In this document: positions 59,062-64,000 of the stretch, piece by piece
Position numbering within the stretch: position 1 is the stretch's first letter
Layout of the letters: each line of letters begins with the position of its first letter
Position numbers and translations under genes: made by a program
Virus record (IMG/VR): IMGVR_UViG_3300033076_001012
Location: 25,028 to 89,027 of that record
Strand: one strand, 5' to 3'
Source: a virus
Lineage: Duplodnaviria; Caudoviricetes
Length of the DNA: 64,000 nucleotides
The notes under the pieces: generated by a model
Databases searched by the model: none
What the model was told of the DNA's origin: nothing
The model's input: only the letters and a program-made list of their open reading frames with translations

Positions 59062-59460
59062 TTAATAATTTATTACTTTAGCAAAACCTTCCTTTACAAG
59101 TTGTTCATTTAAACAAATTTCTTGACCTTTTGAATCAATATAGTATATTTTAGCTAAATATCTACCATATTTTTCTCTAATATCCTGAAAGGATTCTACC
59201 TTAATTTGAGAATTAAGTGGTATAATCTCAGCAACTTTTAATCTTATAGAAAATCCTTGTTTTTTGGAAGAACCTTTTATTTCAGGAGTATTTATTCCAA
59301 ATAACCTGAACACTTGTAAAACATATGTTTTAAAACCTAAATCTACTAATATCTCAAGAGTATCTCCATCTATAATTTGAGATATACTACATCCTTCATA
59401 AATTCTGGGTCTTTTAGGATGAATAGGAAAAGTAATGTTTTTATCAATTTTTTTACTCAT
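59062..59460 (-). CDS. thermonuclease (SNase-like) family protein
   Basis: IIDGDT...VDLGF......RL.GINTPE...EKYGRYLA.IY...LNE.LVKEG.A. Confidence 0.9.
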   Translation of the reverse strand: MSKKIDKNITFPIHPKRPRIYEGCSISQIIDGDTLEILVDLGFKTYVLQVFRLFGINTPEIKGSSKKQGFSIRLKVAEIIPLNSQIKVESFQDIREKYGRYLAKIYYIDSKGQEICLNEQLVKEGFAKVINY

Positions 59461-59756
59461 TTTCTTTTAATTCTAACAAGTTCTTTAAATATCGTTCTTA
59501 CTATATCAGATTTAGTTACAGCCTTATTTTTAAGAGTATCTAAAGATCTAATACATTCATTTTCTCTTTCAACTATCAGTCTTGCTAAATGTTTATAGTC
59601 TAAATCTTCAAATTCTCCAACTTGAGCAATACAGGATGTGGATTTTACCCCAGGTTTATTATAAACAATCCATATACCTTCTCTAGGAAATCCATTAAAA
59701 CCATCTGAATATCCTATTTTCTTATATTTTTTACCTTCTTTTTTATATAGTTGCAT
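59457..59756 (-). CDS. hypothetical protein
   Basis: YKK.G.KY..IG....GFP..GIW. Confidence 0.65.
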   Translation of the reverse strand: MQLYKKEGKKYKKIGYSDGFNGFPREGIWIVYNKPGVKSTSCIAQVGEFEDLDYKHLARLIVERENECIRSLDTLKNKAVTKSDIVRTIFKELVRIKRK

Positions 59757-59783
59757 ATTTTTATTTTTTTATTTTAATATAAC

Positions 59784-59808
59784 AAAACCACAGTTTTTTA
59801 GACTGTGG
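59784..59808 (-). terminator. intrinsic terminator
   Basis: CCACAGT/ACTGTGG stem followed by TTTT on - strand. Confidence 0.7.
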
Positions 59809-59990
59809 CATGTTATATCATGCTAAAAGCATAGGGTTAATCATACACCCCAAGAGTCTATCTATTCAGACTGTCAAAGAGTTTATTCACTGCAACTCAT
59901 AAGCGTTTCCTATATTGGCAGAAACCACCAAGGACTGATATTTAAGTGCTTTATCCCCAACACTAAAAGTCTATCCTTTTAGTCATAAAG
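59785..59990 (-). ncRNA. candidate structured ncRNA / leader C
   Basis: ORF-free; six consecutive short hairpins ending in a terminator. Confidence 0.45.
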
Positions 59991-60034
59991 ATTATTATAT
60001 TAGCTAATTTTGGAAATCTTTATTAAACCATATA

Positions 60035-60817
60035 TTATTTTTTCAAATAAGCTTTTAGACTTGTTTGAAAGAATATTCCACAAGATGAACATTGCATCCT
60101 TTTTTTAATTGCTCCTGTTGCAGATATTCTATTACCATTACTGATAGTAGAATCTGAACCGCATTTAGGACAAGAACAATCATCTTTACCTTTTAATATA
60201 CCAATATGGATTTTAGGTTTGCTATAAAAAGAAAGTTTATTATATACTTTTTCAAGCAATAAAACATCTCTTTTACAATAATGAACCATTTTCTTCATAG
60301 CATTTTCATCGTTATTTAAAACAATGTTTTTCCATAAATCATATCCTGTTTTTAATTTACCGCCAAATCCAAAGAATTTAGCAATATAGTCAAGTCTGTT
60401 ACTATTAAATTTAAATAATTTTCTACTTATTTTTAATGTATCCACACTTACAAATTCAGGTAGTGATTTAACTCCATGATACAGCGCTCTGGTTCTCAAC
60501 CATTTAATGTCAAAATGATCTCCGTTATGAGCAACTATTTCATCAGCTGTATTTAAGATTTTTACAAAATCTAAAACCATTTGTTTATCATCACCTTTTG
60601 ACCATTCAAAACTATGAACTTTAGATTCATGTTCCCATTTATAACAAATGCAGATTATTGCTCTCTCTTTCAATATACTATCATGTGTTATATTTAAATC
60701 TCTACCAACATTCCATGTAAAAACTACATTTGGTGATGTTTCAATGTCAATAAATAACCTTTTTATGTTTTGTTTAGAAAGCTTCTTTTTTAAAGCTTTC
60801 TGCATTTTAATATTCAT
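60035..60817 (-). CDS. RNase H-like 3'-5' exonuclease with C-terminal Zn ribbon
   Basis: FIDIETS, VAHNGD.FD, YC..DV.LLE, CPKCGS...CSSCG. Confidence 0.88.
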   Translation of the reverse strand: MNIKMQKALKKKLSKQNIKRLFIDIETSPNVVFTWNVGRDLNITHDSILKERAIICICYKWEHESKVHSFEWSKGDDKQMVLDFVKILNTADEIVAHNGDHFDIKWLRTRALYHGVKSLPEFVSVDTLKISRKLFKFNSNRLDYIAKFFGFGGKLKTGYDLWKNIVLNNDENAMKKMVHYCKRDVLLLEKVYNKLSFYSKPKIHIGILKGKDDCSCPKCGSDSTISNGNRISATGAIKKRMQCSSCGIFFQTSLKAYLKK

Positions 60818-60963
60818 TACATTTAATTTAGTTTACACTAAACTTAAACAAATAAATAAGGGGTAGTATCCAAGAATCAAAATTATGAATTAAAACTCTT
60901 TAGATATTTCTACCCCAATTATTTATTTTTTGTTTAAGTTTTTCCAACAACACAACTCATCAA

Positions 60964-61458
60964 CTAACTTAAAACAATATTTTTTCTTATTTTTTTAACT
61001 GTATCATTTATGGATTGTTTTGAACAATTCATTTCCTTAGCTATTTCACTTTGATTATAGCCGTCCATTATTTTATAATAGACGTTTTTTTGATGATTTG
61101 TTAATTTATCTATATTAAATCCTAAACAGTTATACTCAGGAGTATAATAATACTTATCCGAATCAACATCTATATAATAAGTATTTCTATACATTCTTCC
61201 AGAATTTTGTCTCTTATCATATCTTCTTTTATAAGTCTGCCACAAATTTATTCTAAGATGTGCAAATAATTGATTATATGATTCATATTCAGGTTTTTTA
61301 CTAATTCTTTTATTGTATATAATATATGTATCATGTAACATATCTTCAGCCAATGGAATATTCACATATCCTTTATTATCCAATCTAGATAAATTTATTG
61401 AATATTGCATTAATTTTGGCATATACTTTATAAAATCTTCATTTTTAGCAACTATCAT
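60964..61458 (-). CDS. sigma-70/ECF-like transcription factor
   Basis: AEDMLHDTY (region-2-like) and C-terminal HTH (GYNQSEIAKEMNCSKQSI). Confidence 0.7.
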   Translation of the reverse strand: MIVAKNEDFIKYMPKLMQYSINLSRLDNKGYVNIPLAEDMLHDTYIIYNKRISKKPEYESYNQLFAHLRINLWQTYKRRYDKRQNSGRMYRNTYYIDVDSDKYYYTPEYNCLGFNIDKLTNHQKNVYYKIMDGYNQSEIAKEMNCSKQSINDTVKKIRKNIVLS

Positions 61459-61664
61459 TCAGGATTCACTCTTTTATAAAAGAAGGGGTCAAGATCTTTA
61501 ATCTTATCGAACAGTCTTTCCTGTTTTAACTTGGCTTTTCCATATTCTTTTTTATTAGAATCTTTACCGAGAGATGCCTCTATGGCAGCATTTTGTTTAA
61601 GAAGTTTATCAATCTTTTCCCTTACTTTTTCATCTTTATAATAACTCCAATTACTTTCTTCCAT
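61455..61664 (-). CDS. hypothetical protein
   Basis: ORF track; coupled overlaps. Confidence 0.6.
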   Translation of the reverse strand: MEESNWSYYKDEKVREKIDKLLKQNAAIEASLGKDSNKKEYGKAKLKQERLFDKIKDLDPFFYKRVNPE

Positions 61665-62256
61665 GATCTTCTAGCACACTACCTTGTTTAAATTTACCAC
61701 TGTATATTTCAATATTCATATCCATAAGAGGAGCCGGATCTTGATCTCTGGGAATAAATGTCCACCTACTTTTAGGTAAACCATCATTTATTATATTTTC
61801 CCAAGTTCTATAAGCACTATCGTGCTTATACACAACAGCTCTTATTCTTTCAGCACTTTCTCTATTAGTTGAATAAGTATGAAAATCTATCATTCTTTTC
61901 TTATACTCATCAGAAACTTTAGAATACTTACCTTCTTTTATACAATCGTAATTTATTTGTTGATGTACAGGTACATCATAAACATACATAGTATGATATT
62001 TATCAGGTTCATATGATGTTACATAATAATCACAATTTTTTAACTCTTCTTCATAGTTAAGAAACCATTTATTATTACTAAATGCATATAATATAAATAT
62101 ATGATTATCTAATTCAGGATAATCAGTATCTCCAATAAAACACCCTTTTAAATTATCATTTATTAGAAAATCAGAAGAACGATGATCTAACATTGGTAAA
62201 ATAAAAGTAAAACTTCTATTATAAATTCTTTCCATCTTCACAATTCTATCCCACAA
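61651..62256 (-). CDS. hypothetical protein
   Basis: ORF track; I..GKYSK.S..YK motif. Confidence 0.65.
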   Translation of the reverse strand: MWDRIVKMERIYNRSFTFILPMLDHRSSDFLINDNLKGCFIGDTDYPELDNHIFILYAFSNNKWFLNYEEELKNCDYYVTSYEPDKYHTMYVYDVPVHQQINYDCIKEGKYSKVSDEYKKRMIDFHTYSTNRESAERIRAVVYKHDSAYRTWENIINDGLPKSRWTFIPRDQDPAPLMDMNIEIYSGKFKQGSVLEDHGRK

Positions 62257-62273
62257 ATTTAATTAAAATTTAC

Positions 62274-63080
62274 TTAAAAGTCAAATTCCTCAACCTCACC
62301 ATCTACTTTAAAATCTTTCTTTTCTATATTAAACTGTATTGGTGCAGGCACTTCAAATCCTTCATATTCCTCAAGAATATGTAAGCATTTATAATTCTTA
62401 TAAAATTCATTAATTCCTTTATTTTGACCAAAATGATCAGTATATGCTTTTAGAGCTACAGATGAATAAATTGATTCATCAACATTATCATATAATTTTT
62501 TAGCATATACCTCACCTCTTTTAGGTAGACCTTTAATATTATCTCCGTTTTGTCCAGAAATCATATCTAACCAAAAATTATAGACTGCATTTGTATGATT
62601 AATCGTTATCCATTGAGAAGTTCTCCAGTTCCAATGAATTCCCTCAAGAGCTAAAAGATCTTTATCTATTGCACAAATAAAACTATCTTTAGTTTTAAGT
62701 CTTGTTATATTAACAAAGTCATCTGTTTCAGCACCATCAAATATATTGAATTTCCATAAAGATACCATATACTCTTTACATTCCTGATACCACTTTAAAG
62801 GATCTCTCTTTTTCCTATTAGCTTTGTATTCAGGATATATAGTATATCTAAAATTATTTTTTCCTTGTAAAAAACCTATATAACTTTTAGCTTTTGTTTC
62901 TTTACAAATTTTAGTTAAGATATAGTCAACACCCTTATAAACATCCTCTTCAAATTTCTCCTTATAGACATACTTGTTCTCTCTCTTAACAGGTTCTCCA
63001 TTAGAGTCTAATTCTTTCATTGGATGACAAGCACTAAATATTATACTATCACCATCAATTATTGCTATATCTTTATTCAT
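62274..63080 (-). CDS. 5'-3' exonuclease (T7 gp6/FEN-like)
   Basis: IIDGDS, NFRY....EYKANR, ETDD, IDKDL, G..GDNIKGL...G. Confidence 0.9.
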   Translation of the reverse strand: MNKDIAIIDGDSIIFSACHPMKELDSNGEPVKRENKYVYKEKFEEDVYKGVDYILTKICKETKAKSYIGFLQGKNNFRYTIYPEYKANRKKRDPLKWYQECKEYMVSLWKFNIFDGAETDDFVNITRLKTKDSFICAIDKDLLALEGIHWNWRTSQWITINHTNAVYNFWLDMISGQNGDNIKGLPKRGEVYAKKLYDNVDESIYSSVALKAYTDHFGQNKGINEFYKNYKCLHILEEYEGFEVPAPIQFNIEKKDFKVDGEVEEFDF

Positions 63081-63083
63081 ATT

Positions 63084-63389
63084 TTAAACATTTACTTCTA
63101 CTTTTACTCCAGAAAGTTCATCCAAGTAAGTAACAAACATTTCCATAAAGTCAGAATATAATCTAACTCTTTCATTATAAGCATTGATTTTAGAATTTTT
63201 AACAATTCTATCGCCATCATCATTCAAAAGACTATATTCATATAGTTCATCATCATCTACTAGATCTTCAAGATACATCCTAACAAGATGATCTTTTTCT
63301 TTATCTAAAGCATTTATTAAAGGAATATGTACAGGACTAAATCTTGATACTCTAAAAGCCTGTTCTTTAAATTCATTAGTATATTTCAT
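63084..63389 (-). CDS. hypothetical protein
   Basis: ORF track. Confidence 0.6.
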   Translation of the reverse strand: MKYTNEFKEQAFRVSRFSPVHIPLINALDKEKDHLVRMYLEDLVDDDELYEYSLLNDDGDRIVKNSKINAYNERVRLYSDFMEMFVTYLDELSGVKVEVNV

Positions 63390-63392
63390 AAT

Positions 63393-63896
63393 TTATTTTT
63401 TAAAAGTAGAAGCAATATATTTAACCATATCTGTATAATTAGATGTTTCAGAATAACCTATATTCCTAAGAAAGTCAAAGTAATTTCCACCTTTATAGTA
63501 TTTATTTTGCCAATTTTTATAAAATGTTACGCTTTCTTTCCAATTATTAAAATTTAAATAACCTTTTGATGTTTGAAAACCAAATAAATTATTTTTACTA
63601 TTACAAACATTAGATTTTAAACTTCCTGTTTCTAATATACATTGAGCTAAAACAATGTCAGGATATTTAATATTTAAACGTTTTATTTCATAATATACAT
63701 TATCTATACTTAATGTATCTCTGTCACATAAACAAGTATCTACATATTGTATATAGAGTTGTTTATCAACACTTCGTTTACCAACATTATAACTTGTATA
63801 AATTATACATCCTAATAAACTTACTAAAATAAACCAAAATAACCAATCAGGTATTTTATTACCAGGATTGCTATTTTTATCAACATAAATTGCCAT
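63393..63896 (-). CDS. GH73-like glucosaminidase with N-terminal TM
   Basis: IVLAQCILETG...NNLFG...F.NWKESV..Y. Confidence 0.8.
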   Translation of the reverse strand: MAIYVDKNSNPGNKIPDWLFWFILVSLLGCIIYTSYNVGKRSVDKQLYIQYVDTCLCDRDTLSIDNVYYEIKRLNIKYPDIVLAQCILETGSLKSNVCNSKNNLFGFQTSKGYLNFNNWKESVTFYKNWQNKYYKGGNYFDFLRNIGYSETSNYTDMVKYIASTFKK

Positions 63897-63999
63897 ATTC
63901 TTTTATTATTTTAATATAAACTCCAGGATTTTCTTTATCTATAGTATACCACTTACCATATCTCTGATACGGAACAGGTATAGCATATACCATACTATC
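63880..63999 (-). CDS. partial CDS, possible RusA-like resolvase C-terminus
   Basis: Cut by window edge; DSMVYAIPVP...IDKENPGVYIKI resembles crAss-like RusA tails (from recollection). Confidence 0.35.
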   Translation of the reverse strand, partial: DSMVYAIPVPYQRYGKWYTIDKENPGVYIKIIKEYGNLC

Positions 64000-64000
64000 A

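Noticed and set aside
1318-59598. Antisense/shadow ORFs in the track (e.g. 1318+, 2578+, 4467-, 8521-, 14464-, 17433-, 35891-, 49078-, 56389+, 57049+, 59377+, 60648+)
   Set aside because: They lie opposite or within better-supported genes, with composition explained by the sense-strand codons and no recognisable motifs.
59915-59945. Hammerhead ribozyme (GAAAC...CTGAT)
   Set aside because: The CUGANGA core is incomplete (CTGATAT) and the required stems are not evident.
60861-60916. Long-range inverted repeat GGGGTAG...CTACCCC
   Set aside because: A single 7-bp stem around a ~40-nt loop with no further support; probably a terminator variant or chance.

Overview
AT-rich window from a crAss-like (Crassvirales-type) podophage of a Bacteroidota host, read in the standard genetic code. 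The + strand block (~4.0-54.9 kb) carries TerL, portal, MCP, ring/muzzle tail proteins, tail fibres, a lysis module, cargo proteins and a 3524-aa virion RNA polymerase. It is flanked by - strand blocks of small early/middle genes. The main discovery is at 56.16-59.03 kb (- strand): a diversity-generating retroelement (DGR) with ONE reverse transcriptase and THREE tandem target-gene+template-repeat cassettes. Each target has its own TR; by hand alignment all 52 TR/VR mismatches fall on TR adenines. Each TR is followed by a covarying 5-bp TATT-loop hairpin. Two TRs carry an in-frame TAG at a Trp codon of the target. The targets are small paralogous proteins outside the virion gene block, not tail fibres. 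A fourth paralog with an adenine-depleted VR-like segment and no matching TR lies at 308-739. No Avd gene is visible. Also found: tRNA-Thr(UGU), several TTG-N20-TATATTTG promoters and at least three candidate structured non-coding RNAs. All calls come from motif recognition and manual alignment; no database search or folding program was run.
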